Position numbers and translations under genes: made by a program. Shown one piece after another: positions 42,408 to 51,563 of a stretch of DNA of 64,000 bases. This DNA is from a phage. The notes under the pieces are model-generated. The model saw only the letters and a program-made list of their open reading frames with translations, was not told where the DNA came from and searched no databases. The stretch lies in NCBI GenBank assembly GCA_026110335.1, contig GCA_026110335.1_3055.1. One strand, written 5' to 3'. Numbering within the stretch: the stretch's first letter is position 1; each line of letters starts with the position of its first letter.

Positions 42408-43432
42408 ATCTTAGCATATTTAGATAGCCGCATTTTAGCCATCAACCCCTGGGCAATATTATTTTTCATATATTCCATAATTTGTTCAGGGGTTGCACCT
42501 TCCTTTCTAATCATATCATTAACATCTTTTGATTTCCAGGGAGATTTATCCCAAAACATAACCCTTTCTCCTGCATCAACTAATTTAGTCATTCGCTTAA
42601 TAGTGTCAGGGTGACGAGGTTCATTATCTAAAACCCACACTCGTTTATCTTTAAATGGAACAACTTCTAGGTCTAATTGACCACCCGTAATAGCTATACC
42701 ATTTTCAATAAAAAGTGAATCTATAGGTCCTTCTAGAACATATACATCACCATCTTTAACTCGTTCAACCCCGTAAATTTTTGTTGCCTCAGGATAAGCT
42801 TTGATGGTGATATATTTTTGGGGAGCATCTTTCTTTAATGCACGCCCTTGAAACGACTCGGCTTTTCCATTAGCATTATAAATTGGAATAACAAGACGAG
42901 GCTCAGGTATTTCCTTTTTATATGTTCCCGGTGCTATGCTATTAACTAATTTAGGCCATTCAGTTGTAAACCAAAGATATTTCCATTTATCCTTTGGAAT
43001 ACAACGAGCTTTTATATATTTTATAATTGCATGGTCTTCCGCCAGTTTATCTAATCTAACACATGACGGAAGAGATTTAATTATTTTCTTCTCAGGTTGT
43101 TTAGGAAGTTCTTTAGGTTTTTCTACTGGACGACTTTTACATTTTTCTTTTCTTATTTCAAAGATATACTCACGATATAAATCAGGTTCAAACTCCTTTA
43201 AATATATTCCGATTGGTGCATGATAGTTACAGTTATAACAATGAATATTTCCTTCATTATTATCGCCGTAATACCATCCACGGGCTTTATTTTGGTCGGT
43301 TTTTGAATCTCCACAGACAGGGCATCTAAACCGTAATTTAAAAGTTGAACTATTATTTACTTGTGTGAATTTAGGTAAATGAGCTAATGCACGATACGCA
43401 AACTCATTATCAATCCAAGGTATTGATGACAT
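42404..43432 (-). CDS. 61: DNA primase gp61
   Basis: 342 aa; zinc ribbon 'CPVCGDS...CYNC'; matches T4 gp61 as recalled. Confidence 0.9.
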   Translation of the reverse strand: MSSIPWIDNEFAYRALAHLPKFTQVNNSSTFKLRFRCPVCGDSKTDQNKARGWYYGDNNEGNIHCYNCNYHAPIGIYLKEFEPDLYREYIFEIRKEKCKSRPVEKPKELPKQPEKKIIKSLPSCVRLDKLAEDHAIIKYIKARCIPKDKWKYLWFTTEWPKLVNSIAPGTYKKEIPEPRLVIPIYNANGKAESFQGRALKKDAPQKYITIKAYPEATKIYGVERVKDGDVYVLEGPIDSLFIENGIAITGGQLDLEVVPFKDKRVWVLDNEPRHPDTIKRMTKLVDAGERVMFWDKSPWKSKDVNDMIRKEGATPEQIMEYMKNNIAQGLMAKMRLSKYAKI

Positions 43433-43435
43433 TCT

Positions 43436-43600
43436 TTACTCTTCTTTTTCTTTAGATTCCTCTTTTTTCTTTTTAGGAATCTGTTCAGGACCTTTATTTA
43501 CTACAGCGCCTGACGTTGTTCCAGTAGAGATATTTTCAGGATTACAACCTGAATCTCCAGCTACCATATCTTCTTTGATAAATTCTTTATATGTTTTCAT
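43436..43600 (-). CDS. hypothetical 54-aa protein (61.1-like position)
   Basis: ATG with GAGG SD; Lys/Glu-rich C-terminus; below track cutoff. Confidence 0.4.
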   Translation of the reverse strand: MKTYKEFIKEDMVAGDSGCNPENISTGTTSGAVVNKGPEQIPKKKKEESKEKEE

Positions 43601-43601
43601 A

Positions 43602-44228
43602 TTAACCTCTATTCATAAAAGCATTAAAAATTTGGTCATCAATAGAAACATTTACTTTAGACTGTTTTTCAGATGGCAATTCATATCCACATATTACAAT
43701 TTTATGATCAATATCAAAATACACAGAAGCAATATGATTAATGATATTTTCAGTGAAGTCTAAATCAACATCAATGTCTTTTTGACCAAAACCCAAAGGA
43801 TAAATAATGCGAGTAATTCGATTATCTTTAACAAAGATTCCACCGACATACTCTGTGCTGCGTTTAAAGTCTACACGCCGACGAAATGAAAAATATTCAG
43901 GCTCTTTATGAGCTCGGCTCATAGGGCACAACGAATAACTAGAATAAGAGATGTCAAATCCTACGCCTTCAATATGAACTAAATTGTCATGATTAAACCA
44001 ATTATAATCATATGCCAAGTCCATTAGATTGTCATATGTGAAAGGCACCGGATTAACATCATTGGTCACAAGCATATAATTAGCAACTGCTATAATTTCA
44101 TTATTTTTAACGAAAACAAACCGTGATTGATGCGAATGACCTGGACCTGTGTTTTCACGATTAATGATATAACACTGGGCACCTTTATATTTGTACGTGT
44201 CTTTACACTTGTGCATTTGATAAAGCAT
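43602..44228 (-). CDS. hypothetical protein (61.2-like position)
   Basis: 208 aa; 'ENTGPGHSHQSRF' His-containing motif. Confidence 0.5.
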   Translation of the reverse strand: MLYQMHKCKDTYKYKGAQCYIINRENTGPGHSHQSRFVFVKNNEIIAVANYMLVTNDVNPVPFTYDNLMDLAYDYNWFNHDNLVHIEGVGFDISYSSYSLCPMSRAHKEPEYFSFRRRVDFKRSTEYVGGIFVKDNRITRIIYPLGFGQKDIDVDLDFTENIINHIASVYFDIDHKIVICGYELPSEKQSKVNVSIDDQIFNAFMNRG

Positions 44229-44521
44229 TATTCACCTACCACTTCAGCGATGATATTTTTATTATTGAAGTTTTTATCACAATACAGAACATAATTATAC
44301 TGCATTACACCGCCAGACTTAAGCTGTTTTTGCACTTCAGCTTTCATTTCAGGACGATCGCGCTCAACGATATTCATAATATCCGCTTCAATTTGAGTTT
44401 CAACCTCAGTCTGATCTGCAGTCATAGACCATTCGCACAAATCTTTATCATAATCTGCCATAGCAGGCTGAGCAGCGCAAGAAGCTAAAGCAAAAATTGT
44501 AGCAAAGATAAATTTTTTCAT
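44228..44521 (-). CDS. sp: Spackle periplasmic protein
   Basis: 97 aa; signal peptide 'MKKFIFATIFALASCAAQPAMA'; size and position as recalled for T4 Sp. Confidence 0.65.
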   Translation of the reverse strand: MKKFIFATIFALASCAAQPAMADYDKDLCEWSMTADQTEVETQIEADIMNIVERDRPEMKAEVQKQLKSGGVMQYNYVLYCDKNFNNKNIIAEVVGE

Positions 44522-44578
44522 GATAATCTCCTCAGTAGTTTATGTTTATATAGTATCTCAATTTCTAACAAAAGTAAA

Positions 44579-44833
44579 CTATTTTATTTCCTCAAGTTCG
44601 TTAATCAATAAAAGTTCTCTGACGCTAAAAACAAAGAAAAATGTGTTCCCATCAACCAGAGCATGACCGCTAATAGAACACCCTCTGCGGAATTTAGAAA
44701 CTTCACAATCTAGAACTGTAAAGGGTTTTAATCCTATGACTTTAGCTGTGCGTCTATTCAGTTCACAACCACTTGCGAATTTTTCCAAATCTTCTTCTGA
44801 TTTAAACTGATATTCTCTATTAACTAGCATCAT
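44579..44833 (-). CDS. hypothetical protein (61.4-like position)
   Basis: 84 aa; own early promoter. Confidence 0.5.
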   Translation of the reverse strand: MMLVNREYQFKSEEDLEKFASGCELNRRTAKVIGLKPFTVLDCEVSKFRRGCSISGHALVDGNTFFFVFSVRELLLINELEEIK

Positions 44834-44896
44834 TTTCTTTTCTCCACGATTAGCTGATAGAATTACTATAACACAACTCTATCAGCTTGTAAACTA

Positions 44897-45139
44897 CTAT
44901 TTTACTAGCATCAATAACTGTTTCTCTAACTTGACTATTTTACGAAAGTATCTTTTGCATTGACGAATCTGTCGCTTCGTAGGGCGCACAGCAAACTTAA
45001 TAAATTCCACTCGACCAAATGGAGGGCTTTCTTCTGCTGGAATATCTAACACCAATTCCCACGTATCTGCAATAAGTGCTTTGAATTGAGTATTTTTCCT
45101 GATGTTATACGGTGTAGGTTTAAATAAAACAATATGCAT
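44897..45139 (-). CDS. hypothetical basic protein
   Basis: 80 aa from 'MHIVLFKP' (GAGGATAAT-ATG); basic C-terminus 'RPTKRQIRQCKRYFRKIVK'. Confidence 0.45.
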   Translation of the reverse strand: MHIVLFKPTPYNIRKNTQFKALIADTWELVLDIPAEESPPFGRVEFIKFAVRPTKRQIRQCKRYFRKIVKLEKQLLMLVK

Positions 45140-45140
45140 A

Positions 45141-45323
45141 TTATCCTCGGCAATCCACTTCACATACTTTCTTGTCATCAATGAAAGCTTTAACTAATGC
45201 TTTATTAACTTCAGCATATTGAGTAGTAGCCCATTGAACGTCATCTTTCATCATTGTGATTTCTTTAGTAAACATGCTTTCATTCTTAAACCACCCCATA
45301 AAAACTACCTTTACCAATTCCAT
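45141..45323 (-). CDS. dmd: Dmd, discriminator of mRNA degradation (antitoxin against RnlA/LsoA)
   Basis: 60 aa; 'MELVKVVFMGWFKNESMFTKEI' matches T4 Dmd as recalled. Confidence 0.75.
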   Translation of the reverse strand: MELVKVVFMGWFKNESMFTKEITMMKDDVQWATTQYAEVNKALVKAFIDDKKVCEVDCRG

Positions 45324-45381
45324 AAAAATCTCCTCATTTAACCAACAAGACTACTATACCATAGTCTTGTCAGCTTGTAAA

Positions 45382-46809
45382 CTAAAATTTTAATTCATTC
45401 GCCAAAGCATCTAACTGAGCTCGAGTGGATTCATTTCTTTGATAGCGATTCTGTTCAGCCTGAATCTGCTGTGAACCTGCTACTTCACTCACTCCAGTTG
45501 GAGTAGAATCTTGTTCAATTTCTACCCATTTCTGATTTCCTTTTTGAACACCCATCAAAAACTTATTCCATTTGTTCTTATCACCATATCGTGATTTGAT
45601 TTGCTTAATGAGCTGTTGTTCAGCCGCTGCTAACTCTTCAGTTTCAATGACCGCAAGCATAAAATCAGCTGTTGCTGGAAGACCAGCGGATTCTGCAATA
45701 TCGCTCATGTTAACATCGGAAGAGTCCCAAGCTTGTTTACCAACCTGTGCTGCAGTCCAAAGAACAGTTTCGGTTTCAACAGCCAGAGCACGCAACTCCT
45801 CTGCAATAGCTTTAACAGTTGTGTAACTATTTTCTGAATAAACTCTAATGCGGCAAGATTTACAAATACCTAGATAGTCGACAATAATGATTGTTGGAAC
45901 AAAATTCTTCTTGAGCTTCAATTCGTTTAAAAGAGATCGAAATGTATTAGCATCTGCTCCACCAGTGGGATATTGCTTAACGATTAAACGACCGAGAGTA
46001 GATTTCTCACGCCATTTTTCCATTTTTCCTTTATACTCAGCGTAAGAAATATGTCCATCATCAATGTCATCAAGAGAAACATCAAGCATATTAGCGTCAA
46101 TACGCTTAGCACAGACTTCTTCTGCCATTTCCATGGAGATATAAAGAACGTTATGACCAAGCTGCAAATAATCTGCTGCTAATGAACACAATCCTAATGA
46201 CTTACCAACGTTAACACCAGCCATTAAAACGTTCAGTGTTCCAGTCTCAGCTCCGCCTTTAGTAATTTTGTTTAGAATTCTGAGTTTAAATGGAACCTTA
46301 CGAGCTTTATTCATATAAGATAGCCAACGTGCTTCGTAGTCATCCATCCAATCATGACCAACGTAGCTATCAAATGAAATTGATAATGCTTGACGCATAA
46401 TGTCAGGAATAGCACCAACATCCGGCATTTTCTTATTTCGTTTTTCCGGAGGAAGCTCAGCATTAGTTTGAATTTCGATTATTTTAGACGTAGCATTAAA
46501 CATCGCCCTTTGCTGAACATATTTTTCTGTTTCTTTTACTAACCAGCTGTGGTCTTCCGGAGAATCAGCTAGTTTTGAAATAAGTGTTTTTACACCAGAA
46601 TATTCTGTTTCAGTAAATGAACTATTTTCTAATGCAACATTTAACGCATTAATAGATGGAACGCTATGATACTCATTGACATGAGATTTAATTAATTTGA
46701 ATGTATTTTTAGCTGGACCACTTTCAAAATATTCTGAATCCATATATGGCCAAACTTTTGAAAAATAAGCTTGATCAAATATGAGATGAGAAAGAATAAT
46801 TTCTACCAC
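45382..46809 (-). CDS. 41: replicative DNA helicase gp41
   Basis: 475 aa; GTG start with AAGGAG SD; Walker A 'GVNVGKS'. Confidence 0.9.
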   Translation of the reverse strand: MVEIILSHLIFDQAYFSKVWPYMDSEYFESGPAKNTFKLIKSHVNEYHSVPSINALNVALENSSFTETEYSGVKTLISKLADSPEDHSWLVKETEKYVQQRAMFNATSKIIEIQTNAELPPEKRNKKMPDVGAIPDIMRQALSISFDSYVGHDWMDDYEARWLSYMNKARKVPFKLRILNKITKGGAETGTLNVLMAGVNVGKSLGLCSLAADYLQLGHNVLYISMEMAEEVCAKRIDANMLDVSLDDIDDGHISYAEYKGKMEKWREKSTLGRLIVKQYPTGGADANTFRSLLNELKLKKNFVPTIIIVDYLGICKSCRIRVYSENSYTTVKAIAEELRALAVETETVLWTAAQVGKQAWDSSDVNMSDIAESAGLPATADFMLAVIETEELAAAEQQLIKQIKSRYGDKNKWNKFLMGVQKGNQKWVEIEQDSTPTGVSEVAGSQQIQAEQNRYQRNESTRAQLDALANELKF

Positions 46810-46818
46810 ACTTACTCC

Positions 46819-47163
46819 TTAAAAGAATTTAAATTTTTTCTTTGACCTTTTATTAAATGCATCTTGCAGTTGCATTGTAATACATTTTTCTACATGAGGA
46901 GCTAACTCAGCTTTTCTTTCTTGGTCAAGAACAGCAAAGTCCATTACGACTTTTCCATCAACCCAATCTAATTTTGTCACATACACAATGTGTGTAGAAC
47001 CATCTTCTAGTTTAATGACAATCTCCTGGATAACATTTTCCATGGCAGATTTAATTATCTTAAGAGACTCATTAAAAAGACGTTCTTTTCTTTCTTCTTC
47101 CCCCTCCGAAGAGGGGGATTCATCGATAATTTCTAGATCTAAGTCTAAATCATCTTTATTCAT
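46819..47163 (-). CDS. 40: gp40 head assembly protein (candidate)
   Basis: 114 aa from ATG at 47163 (GGAAG SD); position between 41 and uvsX. Confidence 0.6.
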   Translation of the reverse strand: MNKDDLDLDLEIIDESPSSEGEEERKERLFNESLKIIKSAMENVIQEIVIKLEDGSTHIVYVTKLDWVDGKVVMDFAVLDQERKAELAPHVEKCITMQLQDAFNKRSKKKFKFF

Positions 47164-48331
47164 TAAATTCTTCCATATCACTTAACTGCTCGAGGTCAGT
47201 TTCTAAATCAGCTGCTGATTTACTTTTACTTTCTGGAGATTTAAATTTTTCAACCTTTGAGTTAATCAATTCATCAACTTCAGCTTCAACAATTTCATTA
47301 CTATCAATAGCACCTAACTGATAAGCACGTTTAATAGCATCTCGGAATGGCTGATGTTTAAATAAAGGACCCCAGAATGTAGTGCAGTTGGTATCTTTTG
47401 CACGCCAAGATTTTTCTTCGCGAATCATCTCGCCGGTTTCTTCGTCAAGAAATTCACGAGCATACCAACCATTTTTAGGTTTTACCACAAATCCTAATTC
47501 TAGAGCCATATCTAACAACCCAGAATAAGGATCGATACCACCGTCAAATTTAACATCAATAAAGAATTTACTTTTTTCTTTAACGGTACGAGATTTTTCT
47601 ACATTTAGAACAAATTGATACCCCTGAAGATCAGAACCATCTTTAATCTGACGTTTACCGATAATGAATACGGTATCAGCAGAATACATCGGTCCAGTAC
47701 CACCTCCCATAACTGTTTTACTAAACATTTCTTGTGTTTCGTATGTATGGTTAATAGCAATACATGGAATATTTTTAGTACTAAAATAGGGAGTTACGAT
47801 ACGAAATAAGCTTTTCATTGTTTTAGCTCTAGTCATATCACTAACAACTTTTTCATTTAAAGCATCTTCAGTTTCTTTCTTAGAAGCTAAGTTACCAAGT
47901 GAATCGATAAAAACGACTACCTTTTCGCCGCGTTCAATTGCATCCAATTGATTAACCATGTCAATACGTAATTGCTCAAGTGATTGAACCGGAGTATGAA
48001 TTACTCGTTCTGGATCGACTCCCATAGACCGCAAATAAGCAGGAGTAATACCAAATTCACTATCATAAAACAAGCATACTGCATCAGGATATTGACGCAT
48101 GTAAGATGACACCATTGTTAATCCAAAGTTTGATTTAAATGATTTTGATGGACCTGCCAAAATTAACAGACCAGATTGCATACCACCAGTAATTTCACCA
48201 GAAAGTGCAATATTCATCATAGGAATTTTTGTTCGAACTACATCTTTTTCATTAAAGAATTTAGATGCTGTTAATTCTGCTGTCAATTTAGAAGTAGAAG
48301 CTTTAATCAAACGAGATTTTAAATCAGACAT
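47156..48331 (-). CDS. uvsX: UvsX recombinase (RecA/Rad51 family)
   Basis: 391 aa; Walker A 'GPSKSFKS'; matches T4 UvsX as recalled. Confidence 0.95.
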   Translation of the reverse strand: MSDLKSRLIKASTSKLTAELTASKFFNEKDVVRTKIPMMNIALSGEITGGMQSGLLILAGPSKSFKSNFGLTMVSSYMRQYPDAVCLFYDSEFGITPAYLRSMGVDPERVIHTPVQSLEQLRIDMVNQLDAIERGEKVVVFIDSLGNLASKKETEDALNEKVVSDMTRAKTMKSLFRIVTPYFSTKNIPCIAINHTYETQEMFSKTVMGGGTGPMYSADTVFIIGKRQIKDGSDLQGYQFVLNVEKSRTVKEKSKFFIDVKFDGGIDPYSGLLDMALELGFVVKPKNGWYAREFLDEETGEMIREEKSWRAKDTNCTTFWGPLFKHQPFRDAIKRAYQLGAIDSNEIVEAEVDELINSKVEKFKSPESKSKSAADLETDLEQLSDMEEFNE

Positions 48332-48339
48332 ATAATACC

Positions 48340-49005
48340 TTATAGTAGTGTTCTTGTTCCACGAAATACTTCGAGCATTCTTGCATAAGATTTATTTGGA
48401 AATCCAGCTTCAATTGCTAATTTTTTAAGCTTAATAGCACCGGGTTTTCCAGAGTTTTCCCATATTTCTTTAATCTTTTCAATGTTATCCCACATTATTG
48501 GGTCACGTTTATGTGATGGTTTATTTCTATTATAACCATATGGATTATTAAGCAAAGCTTCTTTTCGTTTTGCTTTAGTTTCTTCTGACTGCTTTTTGCC
48601 TAGCTGGGCTTTCCGGCAAACATCACTAAATCCAAGATGTTTTGGTTTTCCTTTTTGGGCTTTTGAAATTTTTTCTTTGGTTTCTGATGAAACTCTATAA
48701 CCAATTCTTCTACCACCCTCTCCACCAATTTTTAAATTATAAGTCATAGGATCATTTACCACATCTATTGTTACTAATTCTCTTTCAGCATCACGGGCTG
48801 ATTTAAAATCTTTATAAAACCCAAGAATGCTTAAATTAAAATTTTTCTTACCATACTTTTTCTTGGCTTGTGCTAATAAAGTTCCTGATCCCATATAACC
48901 ATCATTTAAATCATCGGTTGAATGAGTTCCATAGTAAATTTTATTATTAACTAAATTAGTTATAACATAAGTATAATTATATTTCTTTTCTTTATGTCTT
49001 TTCAT
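48340..49005 (-). CDS. segA: GIY-YIG homing endonuclease, SegA-like
   Basis: 221 aa from ATG at 49005; 'YNYTYVITNLVNNKIYYGTHS' GIY-YIG motif; position beside uvsX as recalled for T4 segA. Confidence 0.7.
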   Translation of the reverse strand: MKRHKEKKYNYTYVITNLVNNKIYYGTHSTDDLNDGYMGSGTLLAQAKKKYGKKNFNLSILGFYKDFKSARDAERELVTIDVVNDPMTYNLKIGGEGGRRIGYRVSSETKEKISKAQKGKPKHLGFSDVCRKAQLGKKQSEETKAKRKEALLNNPYGYNRNKPSHKRDPIMWDNIEKIKEIWENSGKPGAIKLKKLAIEAGFPNKSYARMLEVFRGTRTLL

Positions 49006-49009
49006 GTCA

Positions 49010-49852
49010 TTAATCAACTGCTATTGGATGAATAGCATTAAACTTATGAAATGCTTCTGATTTTTCTTTACGCGAAACACACATGCGAAGAACCTTTAGT
49101 GGTTCATCTTCTTCACCCAACGATTTTCGTTTTTCAATATTTGAAGTTTTCCAACGAGCTTGCTCTGGAAACTCTCTATTGATTTGCTCAAGCGCTCTAT
49201 TATGTTTAGAATTACTACGAATTGAACTACACCCACCGGGAGCGTGTGATTTTCCAGATACAACTAGATATTTGAACAAGGCCAAATGCGGATAACCTTG
49301 ATTAATTAAATTGAGAAATGCATACATATCTTCGCATAAATCAATTTTTCCATACCCAATTTGTTCTGTCGTAAGTTTTCCGAGGTCATACCATGTATTC
49401 GTGAATCCATATGAGTTTTCACGATAATTACCCCAAGATGAAGTAATTTTAAAAATTGGTAGACGAGCATGACCGTGATAATACCCGCAATCCATGGCAT
49501 CTTCAACGTATTGAATTAATTCATAGAACTGTTCACGAGTTAATTGATTAATTTTATCTACGCGCCGTTTATCGTCTCTCTTTCGTATTGAACTCATACG
49601 AATAGTAGTATCATCATCGATCATCCAAATTCGTTGACCTGCATACATATCAGTAATTGCTTTACGAGTACCGGCAATTCCATTAACATCATCAGGAATA
49701 GTTACAATTTTAGCTCTAGACCCATAAGCATCATAATAAGCTTTTTCTTCGTGTTCACGCACTACAATATGGGGTTCATAATCAGTCGGAAACATATTAA
49801 GGGCAGAAACTGCCCCTACACGCTGATAACTTGGAATTACGAATTGAATCAT
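49010..49852 (-). CDS. putative GT-A-type glycosyltransferase at the beta-gt locus
   Basis: 280 aa from ATG at 49852; 'FVIPSYQR' start and 'WMIDDDTT' DXD-like motif; no resemblance to T4 beta-gt as recalled. Confidence 0.6.
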   Translation of the reverse strand: MIQFVIPSYQRVGAVSALNMFPTDYEPHIVVREHEEKAYYDAYGSRAKIVTIPDDVNGIAGTRKAITDMYAGQRIWMIDDDTTIRMSSIRKRDDKRRVDKINQLTREQFYELIQYVEDAMDCGYYHGHARLPIFKITSSWGNYRENSYGFTNTWYDLGKLTTEQIGYGKIDLCEDMYAFLNLINQGYPHLALFKYLVVSGKSHAPGGCSSIRSNSKHNRALEQINREFPEQARWKTSNIEKRKSLGEEDEPLKVLRMCVSRKEKSEAFHKFNAIHPIAVD

Positions 49853-50589
49853 TTCCACTCACCGTTATAATCTTTTTTCACAATATGAGTTTCGCCAGTA
49901 TTCCACCAATGATCAACCAAGTAAAAATGACGAGAATATACATGAAGACTTCCAACATTCCATATAATAGAACCTGCTTTATACTGACGAGTTGAATCGC
50001 CTGCATTCAAATCAGATACTAATTTATCTAATACGTATTTTTGCCATGCATAATCATTACGGAATCCGAAGACCACGTCATTTGAGCGCATGCTTACTAC
50101 TGCATTGACTTTCTTATCACGAATCAGGTACTGTACTGTATTAGTACACATGAAATCTGACATGCCATCTTTATTATAGTCAAATTGCATGGATGGACGA
50201 GTATAAATCATGATACCACGTCGAGAATCAGGATTTTGACCAAGTTCAGCTAAACACATATCATACTGGGCATAGTTATCTTCTGACCAAATAGCCCAGC
50301 CATAATTCGAGTTAATTTCGCCTTTAGAAGATGCTACCTGCTGCCAAATCTTTGGTGTTTCACCTGGAATATCTTTAACAAACAGACTTTGAGACTTGTA
50401 CCATTCAAGTTCACGCTGAATGTATTCATCATTAAGAGCGCCAAAAATAAACGGTTCATCTGCTACAAATGATGCGCCAATAATTTCAATAGTTTTAACA
50501 CCGGTTTTATCAACCACGAAATCTTTTTCTTTTAATGCAAGCCCCAAACGAAGACGGATTTCTTCAACTGTCATAGAGTCACTAATCAT
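49849..50589 (-). CDS. 42: dCMP hydroxymethylase gp42
   Basis: 246 aa; TS-like fold; matches T4 gp42 as recalled. Confidence 0.9.
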   Translation of the reverse strand: MISDSMTVEEIRLRLGLALKEKDFVVDKTGVKTIEIIGASFVADEPFIFGALNDEYIQRELEWYKSQSLFVKDIPGETPKIWQQVASSKGEINSNYGWAIWSEDNYAQYDMCLAELGQNPDSRRGIMIYTRPSMQFDYNKDGMSDFMCTNTVQYLIRDKKVNAVVSMRSNDVVFGFRNDYAWQKYVLDKLVSDLNAGDSTRQYKAGSIIWNVGSLHVYSRHFYLVDHWWNTGETHIVKKDYNGEWK

Positions 50590-50596
50590 TTAAACC

Positions 50597-50746
50597 TCAA
50601 TTGATACATTCATATTTAACTTGTAACAGTAATAAGCTCCAACCTAAAATAATAGTTGGAATCATAAGAGGAACCGTTACACTATAGTATATACTTATTA
50701 TAATCATCAAGATTAAAAGCAACACTGTTATAATTTTGCTTTTCAT
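50597..50746 (-). CDS. hypothetical 49-aa membrane peptide (imm.1-like)
   Basis: 'MKSKIITVLLLILMIIISIYY'; ATG overlaps imm stop (ATGA). Confidence 0.4.
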   Translation of the reverse strand: MKSKIITVLLLILMIIISIYYSVTVPLMIPTIILGWSLLLLQVKYECIN

Positions 50747-50994
50747 TCCTTCTCTCTGATGATAATTACTTGATTTGGTTGTGCAGACTTTTTAGTTTCA
50801 CCTGCAATTGACCAAATAAATGTAATAAACCAACCAATAATTGACCAGTTAAACAGTAAAGATGTGAAAAAGATTCCTACTGTCGATTTTGACCCACGCA
50901 TCAAGGCGATAAACCATGGAAGCATGTATATAATAATAGCCAACACACCTGAAACTAAAACCATAAAAATTGAACCTGCTACTAAAGTTTCCAT
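50743..50994 (-). CDS. imm: superinfection immunity protein Imm
   Basis: 83 aa; two TM helices; matches T4 Imm as recalled. Confidence 0.8.
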   Translation of the reverse strand: METLVAGSIFMVLVSGVLAIIIYMLPWFIALMRGSKSTVGIFFTSLLFNWSIIGWFITFIWSIAGETKKSAQPNQVIIIREKE

Positions 50995-51001
50995 GTTTTC
51001 C

Positions 51002-51382
51002 TCACTTAGTCAAATTTTTTACGCATGAATTATAAGAATTCACTACATACTCCATCGGAGCATTTTTACCAGTACGCCATTGATAATTATTAGCCCAATT
51101 AGCCCAAAGTTCAGCACAGTAGTTTTCAATTTTTTCTTCACGTGTAATCACATCTGAATTACGATATGCTTGAGCAGATTCATCTGGACGAATAGCTTCG
51201 TCAAAATTCGCCTGCATTTGTTCTACTGTCTGTTTTGGAGCTTCTTTATAACACTTGACATTAGGATTATAAAATTTGCTTGAACAGTTTACAATTTTTC
51301 CTACATCAGACTGATTTACTACCGATCCTTGAGCTACACAACCAGCAAGACCTAATGTAATAACCAAAATAGCGATTTTCAT
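51002..51382 (-). CDS. small lipoprotein
   Basis: 126 aa from 'MKIAILVITLGLAGC' (lipobox LAGC; GGAGAA SD); early promoter upstream. Confidence 0.55.
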   Translation of the reverse strand: MKIAILVITLGLAGCVAQGSVVNQSDVGKIVNCSSKFYNPNVKCYKEAPKQTVEQMQANFDEAIRPDESAQAYRNSDVITREEKIENYCAELWANWANNYQWRTGKNAPMEYVVNSYNSCVKNLTK

Positions 51383-51412
51383 TTCATTCTCCAAATCCGT
51401 ATCAGTTGATAG

Positions 51413-51446
51413 TTGTATAGTACCATAGAAGAACAGGGATGTAAAC
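51413..51446 (-). promoter_or_regulatory. early promoter for the imm-proximal lipoprotein gene
   Basis: GTTTAC -35 and TGGTACTAT-type -10 with AT-rich UP region. Confidence 0.45.
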
Positions 51447-51526
51447 AGTTTTGTGAAAAAATTTTTAGGGAATCCAAAGGGTCCAGAATCATCTCTTTTT
51501 CATAAGTATAGATTTATATTACTTGT

Positions 51527-51550
51527 ATGAAAAAGGGACCTGGAGGTCCC
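51527..51550 (-). terminator. terminator after gene 43
   Basis: GGGACC-n4-GGUCCC hairpin followed by UUUUU on the minus strand. Confidence 0.6.
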
Positions 51551-51563
51551 TAGATTTATTCTA

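Noticed and set aside
47098-47118. Perfect CCCCUC-UUCG-GAGGGG-type hairpin inside the gp40 coding region
   Set aside because: Lies within the ORF (encodes part of the acidic N-terminal segment) with no adjacent SD or U-run; noted but not called as a regulatory element
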